Shown piece by piece: positions 37,540-50,277 of a stretch of DNA of 64,000 nt (the first letter of the stretch is position 1; every line of letters begins with the position of its first letter). The DNA comes from Leucoraja erinacea (lineage: Eukaryota), in contig NC_073390.1 in assembly GCF_028641065.1 (NCBI RefSeq), positions 12,462,001 to 12,526,000 of the forward strand, read 5' to 3'. The position numbers and the translations under genes were made by a program. The notes beneath the pieces are model-generated. The model did not search any database. It saw only the letters and a list, made by a program, of their open reading frames with translations, and was not told where the DNA came from.

Positions 37540-39217
37540 ACCCCCGTCTCACGGTGCGAGTCCACCCACGAGTGATCTCGAGTTTAAAACAAATCAAACT
37601 CGTGGTAATCACGTAGAATTAACGTAGCGGGAACATCGGAACTCGGAACGCTAACGGCAGGAACTCGGAGAAACTTGTTAACTGTTGAAAATCTTTCAAC
37701 ATGATGAAAGATTTCCACGAGTCAAATTTACTCTGGAAGTAAAAATTTTAAACTTTTAAACTCGATGTAAGAACGTAGTAGCCCCTGAGTTTACCATGGT
37801 GACTCGTGAGTCTACCGTGGGCACTCTTTAACTCAGCGGGACAGGCAGCATCTCTGGAGAGAAGGAATGGGTGACGGGATGACGTTTCCAAAATTCTGCT
37901 GCGTGTTTGTGTTACTCCAGCACTGTGTGTTCACTTTTTGTCAACCAGTATTTGCCCTTTCTTGTGTATGACATTATTTGTATCCGTGGCAGTTGATTGT
38001 CACTCCCTTCAGTTTCCCAGGGGGAAGGGACGGGGCGAGGGCGAGGGGGTCAGGGGGAGATGCTGCCTAGTGACGATCTAATTTATCCAACGAGTTACAC
38101 TCTCTTCAAGGATTAATTTCTAAATAACCCGCCAATTTCTCTTCATTCGCTGTTATACCCGAGAACTGCTCCAGATGAAATTCTGGATTTGATTTTTTTT
38201 CCTCCCGGGGGTAAAAGAAAAACCAAATGCACTTAAAGCGCCAGGGGTGGGGTAGAGGCGTACAACCAACGTACGGGGCGATATTATCCAGGATTTGTAA
38301 AATAAAACAAAAATTGGAGTACTGAATAATGGCACAGATTTAAGAGGTGCAGGAAGGAACTGCATATGCTGGTTTAAACCGAAAAGCTGGGGTAAGTCAG
38401 TGGGACAGGCAGCATCTCTGGAGAAAAGAAATGGGCAAGATTTTGAATCAAGACCCTTCTTCAGGCTACAGTCTGCATTTCTCCAGAGATGCTGTCTGAC
38501 CCGCTGAGTTACTCCAGCTTTTCATGTCTGTCTAAGGATTTGAGAGAGTGAGATTCACCGCTAGACATCGTCGGTATATTAAATGTACAAGAGTCTTTCA
38601 CATGACCGTAGTCAAGGAAACAGTAGCGTACCAATAGCCCGATTATCGTAGCGGTATAGCAAAGACATCTCTGCTGTCCGTTTTTGGTGTTTCATATATT
38701 TGTTCTTTCCCCCCCCCCACACCCAACTCCAGTCCCGTCCCGACCCCCTGGGAAACTGAAGGGAGCGTCAATCAAGTGCCACGGATACAAATAATGTCAT
38801 ACACAAGAAAGGCCAAATGCTGGTTGACAAAAAGTGAACACACAGTGCTGGAGTAACACAAAGACGCAGCAGAATTTTGGAAACCTCATCCCGTCACCCA
38901 TTCCTTCGCTCCATAGATTCCGCATGTCCCGCTGAGTTAAAGAGTGCCCGCGGTAGACTCACGAGTCTCTACGGTAAACTCACGGGCTAGTACGTTCTTA
39001 CAATGAGTTTAAAAGTTAAACATTTTTACTTCAAGAATAAATTTGACTCGTGGAAATCTTTCATCATGTTGAAAGATTTTCATGAGTTAACAAGTTTCCC
39101 GAGTTCCTGCCGTTAGCTTTACGAGTTCCGACATTCCTGCTACGTTAATTCTACGTGATTACCATGAGTTCGATTTGTTTTAAACTCATGGGTGGACTCG
39201 CACTGTGAGACAGGGCC
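37540..39217. mobile_element. Fold-back non-autonomous DNA element with ~490-bp inverted arms (Harbinger-like termini)
   Basis: 37540-38034 is the reverse complement of 38734-39217 throughout (e.g. aaaatctttcaacatgatgaaagatttccacgagtcaaattta / taaatttgactcgtggaaatctttcatcatgttgaaagatttt). Confidence 0.88.
38347..38536. mobile_element. Penelope-terminus fold-back element in the spacer of the large inverted repeat
   Basis: Inverted arms; flanks gatttaagag / gatttgagag (9/10). Confidence 0.75.
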
Positions 39218-39419
39218 ACTACTTACCACTGCTTCTCGGGGAGTGAGGAAACCCCTCTGCTATAATGTCCCGACCTTTCACACTTGGACGTGGCTGCTAC
39301 CTCTGGGTGGGCAGTGGACCTAAAATGTTATTTTGTGGACTGAGAGTTCACACACCTCATGCCTGAAATCTGTGTATCCACATCCACTCACTCACAATCA
39401 GCTCCTGCTCACGAACTCT

Positions 39420-39742
39420 GTGTCGGAAGGAACTGCAGATGCTTGTTTATATTGAAGATTGGCATAAAAGGCTGGAGTAACTCAGTGGGAGAGGCAGCAT
39501 CTCTGGAGAGAAGAAATGGTGACGTTTTGGGTCCAGACCCTTCTTCAGGCTAGTCACAGATAAGGGAAACGAGAGATAGACAATGATGTAGAGAGATAAA
39601 GAATAATGAATGACAGATATTCAAAAAAGTAACGATGATAATGGAAAGGGGCCATTTTCAGCTGTTTGTTGGGTGAAAACGGGAATATGGTGCGACTTGG
39701 GTGGGGGAGGGAAAAATAGAGAGGGAATGCCGGGGTTACTTG
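39420..39742 (-). repeat. Penelope tail with hammerhead motif (G12>A)
   Basis: Minus strand CTGAAGAAGGGTCTGGACCCAAAACGTC at 39521-39548; inverse of the 21170-21320 tail. Confidence 0.8.
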
Positions 39743-40214
39743 TTTAAAACAGATAGTGTCTGTTGGATTCCTTTCACTCTCACCATCTAAATAAGATAAC
39801 TAACAAAGACCAGAGTGATATATTGTTAATATTCCTGAATAAATGGAACACCTGATGGGTAAACGATGTGGAAGGCTGATAATTCTCACTGTAAAGTTAC
39901 ATAAATAGAATTGTTCATGTCTAGCATTTTGACACATTGATACTCGTCACACTGTGATTGGAATAGAGGGCTATTTTCTGGCTGTCAATGAATTATGAAG
40001 GGACTAAGCCATATTTAAAAAATGAGCAGATTTACTGTGATTGAGCATGGGAGAATGTTGATGGACTGGAGGTGGATGTTGAATTGTATGAAAGAATTGA
40101 AAATGAGAAGAATTGATTTTAAGAGATCTGGCAGAACTCATGATGGTTAAACTGCCACACATGAATGGCACATCCCTGCTTTGATTGAAAATGCCAGAGA
40201 GCAGGTTTATTGAT

Positions 40215-40503
40215 TGAAACAGGCCCTTCTGCCTACCCAGTCCACACAGACCATCGAACACCCATTCACATTAGTTCAATGTTATCTCACTTTTGCACCC
40301 ACTCTCTACACATTTACAGAGGCCAATTAACCTACAAACCGACACGTCCTCGGGATGTGGGAGGATACCGGAGCACCCAAGGAAACCTTGCATGGTCACA
40401 GGAAGAACGAGCAAGCTCCACACAGACAGCACTTGTGGTCAGGATCAAACCCAGGTCTCCAGTGCTGTAAGGCATCAGCTCTACCAGCTGCGCCACTGTG
40501 TCG
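40215..40503 (-). mobile_element. V-SINE
   Basis: gaaacaggccctt...caggatcaaaccc. Confidence 0.8.
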
Positions 40504-40919
40504 CTTAGTAGGTGCTAAGGGTTTTGAGAGCAGTTTCATTAATACATCTCTGAACCATAAATTGCGCAGGCCAAAGTGGAGTGTAACTACTGCTGATGTA
40601 AAGTGGGTTATGGACTCCTTTTATGGCTAATAATCCCACTGTTTGCCACCAAGGTTGCTGACCCATCTCCAATGCAGCTGTGCTATGCAAAGTAAGATTA
40701 GTTGCAGAAGTTCCTCTGACCATAGTATTGGAAAGGGTGCAAGGGTGTGCAGAGCTGGTGGATCACTAGATCAATCAATGTACTCTGGTGCTTGATCCTT
40801 CCGCCAGCAAATTGTTTAACGTCAATCTTCCAGATCACGCAAGGTGTTTGGGAACAGAAATAAACGCTCCTCTCCTCAGTATTCAGGGGGATCATCAATT
40901 ACCTGCAGGATATGGAAAC

Positions 40920-41130
40920 AAAGAACTGCAGACGCTGGTTTACAAAAAAAATACACAGTGCTGGAGTAACTCAGAGGGTCAGGTACCAGCCCTGGAGAAC
41001 AAAAAAAATTGATGTTTTGTGGCTGAACCTTTCTTTAAACTGAATCAGTACCAACCCAAAACATCACCGATCCATGTTCTCCAGGCAAGCCGCCTAATGC
41101 GATGAGTTACTCCAGCACTTTGTGTCTTTT
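40920..41130. mobile_element. Penelope-terminus fold-back element
   Basis: gtgctggagtaactc / gagttactccagcac arms. Confidence 0.75.
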
Positions 41131-41477
41131 TTAAAAAGATAGTTATCCTGTAGAGTAATGCTTTGAGTAAAATCATGTTTGTTGCTATTATATTGCTTTA
41201 GAGTCTAAGTCTACATTGAATGTGTGCCTAAAGCTCAAAAACCCCTTTTGACTCCAAAGCTAGCAGAATGTCGATGTTCTCCAGAAGAGGGAAGTGAAGG
41301 GTGGCAGGTGACATTTCCGCAGGGAATATTCTGAACACTTCTCCACAGCCAGCTTTGCAAACAACAATGGATAAGGCACCTGTGGCTTACTACAATGGTT
41401 CTCAGTAAGATATGTCATATGGTTCAGCCACAGAGCCACTTTTCCTGTATCCATCACAGTCAAAGTGACTTCAACAA

Positions 41478-41689
41478 GGGCGTCACGGTGGTGCAGTGCT
41501 AGAGTTGCTGCCTTACATCGCTTGCAGCACCAGAGACCCGGGTTCGATCCCGACAACGGGTGCTGTGTGTACGGAGTTTGTGCGTTCTCCCCGTGATCGC
41601 GTGGGTTTACTCCGAGATCTTCAGTTTCCTCCCACACTCCAAAGCCATCCAGGTTTGTAGGTTAATTGGCTTGGTGTATGTGTAAATTG
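41478..41689 (+). mobile_element. V-SINE, 3'-truncated
   Basis: gggttcgatccc B box; stops at the hairpin at 41690. Confidence 0.85.
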
Positions 41690-41751
41690 CATACTAAATA
41701 TCTGACTAAAAACTGCGTACTGTGGAAGTTTTTAGTCAGATATTTAGTATG
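41690..41751. repeat. Perfect 25-bp inverted repeat, 12-nt loop
   Basis: catactaaatatctgactaaaaact / agtttttagtcagatatttagtatg. Confidence 0.95.
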
Positions 41752-43164
41752 ATAATATTGATCATGGATAGACAATAACACAAAATATAGATAATTTAGA
41801 TGTTCTCATGACATGATTGTGCAAAAAATAATGAATTTGATTATCTTGAGAGTGGATGTTTGTGGATTATGATACAGAGCTCGGATTGTGGCTGCCGCCA
41901 TGATTTTGCTCACAGTCACAGTCACAGCCGGCAGGCAGGACACAGCCGATATCGGGGCCTAAATAACATATTTCACATCATCAGATTAAAATGGGATTAC
42001 ACCAAAAATGAGATAAGATGTTAAATAAACGTCCTACAGTACATTCCTTTTGTTGTCCTGAACTTGCGATCCGTGATTTTGAAGGCGTTGAAGTTGACTT
42101 TAATCCAGCGATTCAATAGTTAAGCAATGTTTTTTTTTTAAATCACGAACGGGACAAAATGTCCTCATAAGCTTGTTGTACGAGGAAATCCCTCCGACAA
42201 CCAATAAAAACCTGCATTTTATTACTACCACCCTCCCCCCCACACACAGCCTCTTGAGTCGCACGCACAGGCTGTGGGTAGATCTAGAGCGCCACTGATG
42301 GCAGGAATTTGTAACGAACGCTACATTGATTGAACCATTGGTGGCCTGAGACTCCCCAGTTGTCCAGAAATGTTTTAACACTATGTCTTGTTCTGCAATG
42401 GATTCTGGAGTGTATAACATTTTGGTGTGAATGCAGGTTGATGGAGATCATGGACAGGTAAGCAATGATGGGGACATGATGTAGTGAGCACTGTCATAGG
42501 TTAATGATATAGTTGAAGATGCCCAAACATTTACCCAAGCCGTTGAACTCTAAGCTGCATTGAAACAAGGCTTTCACATCAAGCATTCATATTCTTAGAA
42601 ATCTGCTTCTAATCTTCCTTGTTCTCTGCACCTCTGACCTTTCTACTTCATGTGTTAAGGCCTTTAATACATCAACAGAAATGCATGAAGCTGAACTCTC
42701 TCCCTCAGTAAGCGAATCCACATGTATCTCCAAGCTCCCAAAACGTTTTGCAATTGTCAGGTACCTTCCCTTTAAGAGAGTTAGGCTGACTATAATCAAT
42801 GCAGGTTGGTTTCAACTTGACTCTTCCTCCTGTACTACTTGCTGCGGCATTGTTCAACTATAAAACAAGGCTATGAAGAATCATAGAATTATAAGTTGAA
42901 TGGGCATAACTTCGGCCGCGAGGAGCAAGGGCCAGTAGGAGGGTGAACTGGGGTAATGCCTCCAGCTCCTTCTAGGTCGGCTGCAGGAGGCACCCCTGTG
43001 GCACAAAGATGGCCAGGTAGGAGAGGGACGTTGGTTCGCAGGTCGAACCTGGCAAACTCTGGGGAGCCTGGGGCTAACCTGGATCAGGAACCGCTCCAGT
43101 AGACCGAGAGCACAGGCAGATTGGACTTTGGACTTGAGCAAATGGTGGCAAAGCATATGCATGT

Positions 43165-44376
43165 GACCAAAAAGGTCGATGAGGGCAAAGCTGCAGATGT
43201 TGCATACATGGATTTCAGTAAGGTATTTGACAAGATTCCGCATGGTAGGGTGCTCTGGAAGGTTAGATCGCAAGGGATCCAAGGAGAGATAGGTGAATGG
43301 ATAGCAAATTAGCTCCATGGAAGGAAGCAGAGGGTGATGGTGGAAAGTAGCTTCTCGGACTGGAGGTCTGTGACTAGTGGTGTGCCTCGTGGGATCGGTG
43401 CTGGGCCCATTACTGTTTGTCATCTACATCAATATTTGGATGAGAACATACAGGGCAAGATTAGCAAGTTTGCTGATGATACAAAAGTGGGAGGTTTTGC
43501 AGATAGTGAAGATGGTTGTGACAGATTGCAGCAGGATCTTGATCGATTGGCCAGGTGGGCGGAGGAATGGTTGATAGAATTTAATAGACAGAAGTGTGAG
43601 GTATTGTAGTTTGGAAAGCCTACAAAGGCAGGACTGACACAGTAAATGATAAGCCTCTGGGATGTGTTGTAGAGCAGAGGGATCTAGGACTGCATGTGCA
43701 TGGTTCCTTGAAGGCCGAGTTGCAGGTAGATAAGGTGGTCAAAAAGGCTTTTGGCACATTGGCTTTTACCAGTCAGAGTATAGAAGTTGGGAGGTCACTT
43801 TGCAGTTGTATAAGATGTTGGTGAGATCACATTTAGAATATTGTGTTCAGTTCTGAGCACCATGATATAGGAAAGATATTGTCAAGCTTGAAAAAGTTCA
43901 GAGAAGATTTATGGGGATGTTGCCAGGTCTAGAGGGTGTGGTGTGACCTATAGGGAGAGGTTGGGTAGACTGGGTCTCCATTCCTTGGAGCGCAGGAGGA
44001 TCAGGGGTGATACTTTAGAGGTATACAAAATCATGAGAGGAATTGATCGGGTAGATGCACAGAGTCTCTTGCCCAGAGTAGGGGAATTGAGGACCAGAGA
44101 ACATAGGTGAAGGGGAAAAGATTTAATAGGAATCTGAGGGGTAACGTTTTCACACAAAGGGTAGTTAGTGGGTGTATGGAATAAGCTGCCAGAGGAGGTA
44201 GTTGAGGCTGGGACTGTCCCAATGTTTTAAAACGCAGTTAGACAGGTACATGAATAGGGCAGGTTTGGAGGGATATGGACCAAGCACAAGCAGGTGGGTC
44301 TAGTGTAGCTAGGACATGTTGACTTTGTAAGTTTGGCTGAAGGACATCTTTCCACACTGTATCACTCTGTGACTAT
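43165..44376 (+). mobile_element. CR1 RT fragment to 3' end
   Basis: YMDFSKVFDKIPH, SGVP.GSVLGP, KFADDTK. Confidence 0.92.
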
Positions 44377-44920
44377 GAATATGTATAAATATGCAAACGG
44401 ATTTTTCTCTGCGGTTGCACATGTGACAAATAAAGCACAATTGAACCATTACCTGAGTTGTGCAGAGTAATTCCCGAACCATCTCGTGCAATCATCCAAT
44501 CTAATCCACCCTCTCCATTTAATCCCAATTTAAAATCAAATGAGTGGCCACTTCAACATATAAAGACTAAGCAAAGAAGTCAAATGCAAATGCGGTCCAA
44601 CATGTTTAATTTTTTTTTGCTTCCATCTGCAAAAGGAATGCAGTAACTAAGGAGTTATTTGATTTTCACAAGAGCGTAAGCATAATGCTATAACATGGAT
44701 AAACACTGTAGTTCAAAGAGAGATTGTGCTGGATTCAGATTTAAGAAACACAAAATCAAAGTAGCAAACCTAAACCAGATACATCAGCAATGCAGAGGGG
44801 CTGTAGAGGTTTACAGGAAGACTTGGGTTAATGGAACAGGAAGCAAGATATTGGAAGATTGAGATGAGAAAAAAACCCACTGAGGCTATGCACACGAGCA
44901 AAAACTGCTGAAAATACTCA

Positions 44921-45214
44921 GCGGCACGGTGGGGCAGTCATAGAGCTGCCTCCTTACAGCGCCAGAGACCCAGATTCGATCCTGACTACGGGTGCCTTCT
45001 GTACAAAGTTTGTACATTCACCCTGTGACCTGCGTAGGGTTTCTCCCGGAGTTCCAGTTTCCTCCCACACTCCATAGACGTACAGGTTTGTAGGCTAATA
45101 GGCTTTGTAACATTGTCCCTTGTTTAGGATAGTGATAATGTGCGGGGATCGCTGATCGTCGCATACTCTATGGGCCGAAGGGCCTGTTTCTGCACAGTAT
45201 CTCTAAACTAAACT
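44921..45214 (+). mobile_element. V-SINE
   Basis: Head gcggcacggtgg; (taaac)n tail. Confidence 0.87.
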
Positions 45215-45534
45215 ACTCAGCAGGTCAATGAACTTTTGTGAGAACCAGATTAAGAACAGCAGCCCATAAAATTGTACTCCATAGGTCTTCCAAGCTGCGT
45301 GATGATTTCATTGAATGTCAACATTAATTGCCTACCCAATTAGCACAATCTATCATGATCATTACTAGGGTATTGTGATGGTGTATGTATCTTGGGCTCA
45401 TGTCAATAGTATGCTGCATATGTTGTCAATGGTGTTAATCCATGTCAATGGTCGGCAGGCTCCTGCATTGCTAAATTGGGATCGGATTAATCACCACACA
45501 TGGCAAAAATGTCATTGGATGGTAGCAGAAGTAT

Positions 45535-45885
45535 TAGGAAGGAGATGAGGAGGAATTTATTTAGTCAGGATGGTGAATCTGTGGAATTCTTTGCCACAAA
45601 AAGTCGTGGAGGCAAAGTCAGTGGATAGATTTAAAGCAGAGATAGATAAATTCTTGATTAGCACTGGTGTCAAAGGTTATGAGGAGAAGGCAGGAGAATG
45701 GGGTTAGGAAGGAGAGATAGATCAGCCATGATTAGCCATGATCATATTGAATGGCGGTGCAGGCTCGAAGGGCCGAATGGCCTACTCCTGCACCTAATTT
45801 CTATGTTTCTATGTTTCTATGATTAAATGGCAGAGTAGAGTTGATGAGCCAAGTGGCCTAATTCTACTCCTATCAATGATCTTAA
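45535..45885 (+). mobile_element. CR1 3' end with a second CR1 tail nested at ~45730-45820
   Basis: gtgaatctgtggaattc; agccatgat duplicated; (tttctatg)n. Confidence 0.8.
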
Positions 45886-46199
45886 GATCTTAAGAAAAGT
45901 CTGGATTCCCCCCTTATCCAGTCCATCCCACTTGGATAATTTCAAGGGGGTCTCACTATTGTCATACATCAAATGTATTGATTCGAAGTAGAGCTGGTTG
46001 GAAATAATTCTGGTGACTCATTTTTTTTGGGGGTCTGGCCAAGGTGTATGTGGTATGAGAAGGAATAAGAGTAAGGCTTTGGAAGGATGGTTGGTCTTGC
46101 AGCTGATATGCGAGCAGACGATATATGTCTGCATTTCCAAAGTGTGGCAGCAACTCACCATAACGTCTTCAATAAGACCCGAAAAATATTTTTCTGTAA

Positions 46200-46492
46200 G
46201 GCAGCGGTAAAGTTGCTGCCTTTCACCATCAGAGATCCGGATTGAATCCTGACTACGGGTGATGTCTGTACAGAGTTTGTACGTTCTTCCCGTGACCGCA
46301 TGGGTTTTCTTTGGGTGCTCTTGCTTCCTCCCACAATACAAAAACGTACAGGGTTTAGGGTAATTGGTTTTGGTAAATTGTCCCTAGTGTGTAGGTTAGT
46401 GCTAGTGTTCAGGGATCGTTGGTCGGCACGGACTCGGTGGGCCAAAGGGTCTGTTTCCACATTGTATCTCTAAACTCAACTAAACTAAACTA
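46200..46492 (+). mobile_element. V-SINE
   Basis: V-domain and (taaac)n tail. Confidence 0.87.
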
Positions 46493-46760
46493 AGCTAGCT
46501 AAAGGGACGCGGACAGCAATCACTTGGGAATTCCTGCCACTTCCCCACGGCTTCCCCACGAGTTGCTTGTTTGTCTCATTGATCCTTGTAATCGGTTGCT
46601 GGAGGGCCCTTGATGAATCAAACTGCCTTTGAGCCTGGATGGCAGCGTTCTGAACCTGCGTGCCAGAGATTCATCTTCCAATGTAACTCTCACACACTGG
46701 ATGGTTACCAACTGGGTTGTAGTGGAACCTAGACTTCTGTCATATACAGTATGGCCATTG

Positions 46761-47080
46761 TTTTAGTTTAGTTTTAGAGATACAACACGGAAACAGGCCC
46801 ATCCGCCCACCTTGTACTCACCAACCAACGATCCCCACATACTAACACTATCCTACACACACCAGAGACAATTTTTTTTTACATTTACCAAGCCAATTTA
46901 CCTACAAACCTGTACGTCTTTGGAGTGTGGGAGGAAACCGAAGATCTCAGAGAAAACCCACGCGGTCACGGGGAAAACGTACAAACTCGTACAGACAGCA
47001 CCCGTAGTCAGGATCGAACCTGGGTCTCCGGCACTGCAAGCGTTGTAAGGCAGCAACTCTACCACTGTGCCACCGTGTCG
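46761..47080 (-). mobile_element. V-SINE
   Basis: Full-length inverse copy. Confidence 0.88.
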
Positions 47081-47627
47081 CTCTAATGTGGCCTTTCTGA
47101 CAAAAGTAAACAATTACTTGCAGACTGGTGGAGGGAGAGCAGGATAGTTAGATTACTTATAATTTATCATAATATTATCCATTGATGGCTTTGTTCTCAG
47201 CTGTAAAATACTATGGATCTACTTTGATAATATTGATGCCATGTTATGTCTAATAATATATATCAGCAATGTAGGGAGATCACACGCCAATGTTCCCAAG
47301 TGCTAAGGACAGTTATTAATGGTTCAATCAAATGCAACATGGAGCAGTTATAGAAAGCAAATATCATTGCTTTCAGTCTCCTGAGTAATGACACCATACA
47401 ATCACAGCAATATTTGCCAGTGCCACAGTAATATTATCTGATGCAGATATCTAGATGGTGGCGACTTTGTGTATGTTGGGTTTTGTGCCTGAGAATAGAG
47501 GGAGAATGAAAAATAGATATTGTTATGGGGGAAGAAATAAAAACATGAAACTAAATTCTCTTGTGAATGGATTTTCTTTCTTTGTATTAATTTCTTAAAT
47601 ATCTTCCAGGGATCTGCACAAAGTGGG

Positions 47628-47788
47628 ATAGATATAAAATGCTGGAGTAACTCAGCAGGTCAGGCAGCATTACTGGAGAAAATGGAAAGGTGACTTTCAG
47701 TCGGAAGAAGGGTCCCGACCCGAAATGTCACTTGTCCATTTTCTCCAGAGATGCTGCCTGACCCGCTGATTTGGTCCAGCATTTTGTG
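47628..47788. mobile_element. Penelope-terminus fold-back element
   Basis: aaaatgctgga...ggtcaggcagcat / atgctgcctgacc...tccagcatttt; central cggaagaagggtcccgacccgaaatgtc. Confidence 0.8.
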
Positions 47789-48591
47789 GTAGGAAATAGG
47801 TTGGCAAGAGCAAATGATTGTAATGTTGTAAGACTAGGGTGATTTTGAAAGGATTTTAAGCACTGGAGTTACAAGCACTGTAGCAATGGTAATTGTCCTC
47901 GGTGGTGGTCTCTGTCTGGCACTGAGAGGGGAAAATCATTTCGATAGGCAGCAGGGATTACGAATATCCCTCCTGAACTATATGTCAGTTAAAGACATTC
48001 CTTTAATCAGTGCACCCTCCATGTACAGCATTATGGAGCTGTTAATGTGATCTGGGTGCCAGTATTCATCAGATGTTGCAGTTCATTTAAATATTTTATT
48101 GTTCCTCCCAGTGCATTACATATGAAGTGTTCATTAAAAGAGGCAGACCTTCATTAAATAGCAAATAGGCTCCAAATGAGCATTGCATACATTCTCTGTT
48201 CATTGCAAAATGTGCAACTGGTGCACACTGTGGTTCCTTAAGCACATCAGATACTGAATCAAATGTTAACACCATATTATGCCAAAGGAAGCCACGGAGC
48301 CAGTGCCAAATGTATCTACTTGAATATCACAGATGATAACAATTTGCATTGAACCAGAATAGTGAAGCATTGCGAACCCTTTCACGGGATGTTATCAAAG
48401 GGTGAAGCTCTTTAAGGTCTCCCCTCAGCCTTCCATGTTCCAAGGAAAGAAGACATAGCCTATATCCAACTCAAACACTCTGCAACTTCCTTGTAAAGCA
48501 TTGATGCACCTTCTCCAGCTTAATGATGTCCTTCCGAAAGCTAGGCAACCATTAGTGAATACAGTACTGCAAATGTGGCCTTATCAACGTG

Positions 48592-48843
48592 TAGTTTAGT
48601 TTAGTTTAGAGATATAGTGTGGAAACAGGCCCTTCTGCTCACCAAGTCAGTGCCAACTAGCAATCCCCATACCCTAACTATATCCCACACACACAGTAGG
48701 GACAATTTACAATGTTACCAAGCCAATTAGCTGACAAACCTGTACACCTTTGGAGTGTGGGAGGAAACCGGAACACCCAAAGAAAACCCACGCAGGTCAC
48801 GGGGAGAACATCCAAACTCCATATAGACAGCACCCGTAGTCAG
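48592..48843 (-). mobile_element. V-SINE, head-truncated
   Basis: (tttag)n tail; ggagtgtgggaggaaaccgg. Confidence 0.82.
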
Positions 48844-49449
48844 CACTGAATAATGGGGCAAGTGTGGTACACCAACAATAAGGACCACAGTTCTTCAAAA
48901 GCAAGATGTGTTCACTTGAGGGATATTTCTGGCACTGAGCTACAAGCACACTTGATGTGTCACAAGGGACAAAGACAGCAAAATGGCAGCAAATGTTCGA
49001 TCAAGCAATTAGGATGTGAGCATTTTAGGAGGAGGTTGAATAAGCACATGAAGGACAAAAAATATATCAGATATATCAAATCAATTTATTTGGGGGGGAG
49101 GCTTGTGTGGAAGACAGAGGCTTGCATGGGCTTGTTGGGCCAAAATTTAAATTTCCTTTAAGTGAATATCCATATAATTCTATAAAGATTGTATTGATCA
49201 ATTATTTATTTTCCATTTTGGATAAAATCTTTGGTTGTAAAAATAACTTAAAAGATCCCTCTACTGGAGGTGAATACAGGCCCTAAATGTATGCATTTCC
49301 CTGGAACGGTGGTGTTGCATGCATTTTAGTTACTGCTCAACGTAAGATATCATTCTCTGCATGCTTGAAATAAATATGCCCTGTTTGCCATTCAATATAA
49401 CATATATCTCAGAAACAGAAGAAATAGAACATCAGCTAAAGTAACATCA

Positions 49450-49485
49450 GGGTCTGAAGAAGGGTTTTGGCCCGAAACGTTGCCT
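49450..49485 (+). ncRNA. Minimal type I hammerhead ribozyme motif, core intact
   Basis: GGGT-CTGAAGA-A-GGG(TTTTGG)CCC-GAAA-CGTT^GCCT: CUGANGA and GAAA boxes, stem II, ACGU palindromic stem III, NUH = GUU, weak stem I. Confidence 0.6.
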
Positions 49486-49578
49486 ATTTCCTTCGCTCCA
49501 TAGATGCGGCCTCACCCACTGAGTTTCTCCAGAATTTTTCTCTACCTTCGATTTTCCAGCATCTGCAGTTCCTTCTTA
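49452..49578 (+). mobile_element. 127-bp Penelope-terminus insertion with 9-bp flanking direct repeat
   Basis: AACATCAGG at 49443-49451 and 49579-49587. Confidence 0.75.
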
Positions 49579-50277
49579 AACATCAGGAAAGGGTTGCTTG
49601 CTTTTAAGTATTTAATAGAAAGGATTGCAAGGATATGCCAACAGAGCTAAATGGAGTAAGGTGGGGAAGGATTTATGTGAAACACAAACTTTGGTATCAA
49701 TCATTTTAGATTATTGACTTGCTTTCTGTGTTTGGGGAAACACACCATGTTTAGGGAAATTCATGGTTTTTGATGATTCGAATCTTAGGTATTCCATGGA
49801 GTTAACAATTGCAGTGGGTGTGATAGAAAGGCATTTCCTGCATTCACCATGCAATGGACCAGTGCTTGCAGATGCAACAGTGTAGATTCCTGATCCATTG
49901 ATAATTTTCACACATATTCACTATATGAACGCGATAACTAAGGAGGACCAGAATAACATACTAATATTTCTCTCATTGTGAACCTATCCATTAAAAAGCA
50001 AAGACTTTGTGCATTGGTGATACTTCTCATTCAAGCACTGTGCAAATTGGATTGGAGACATGTGCCAATTTGATAAACTGCAATTTCTCACCATCACTCT
50101 TTAAGTGATTCTTTAAGGAAAGTTGACAGAAACTGATGTGATACATCGCAACTTCTCAGTTTGCCTGGTTATTTTGTCTGCAGCAGGAGAATGTTACTCA
50201 GAAATCAGACCTTTTGATTAAAAAAAAAACTAGGAATGATGGAAGTTGCAACTACAACTGGCAAGTTTTAGAATTTA

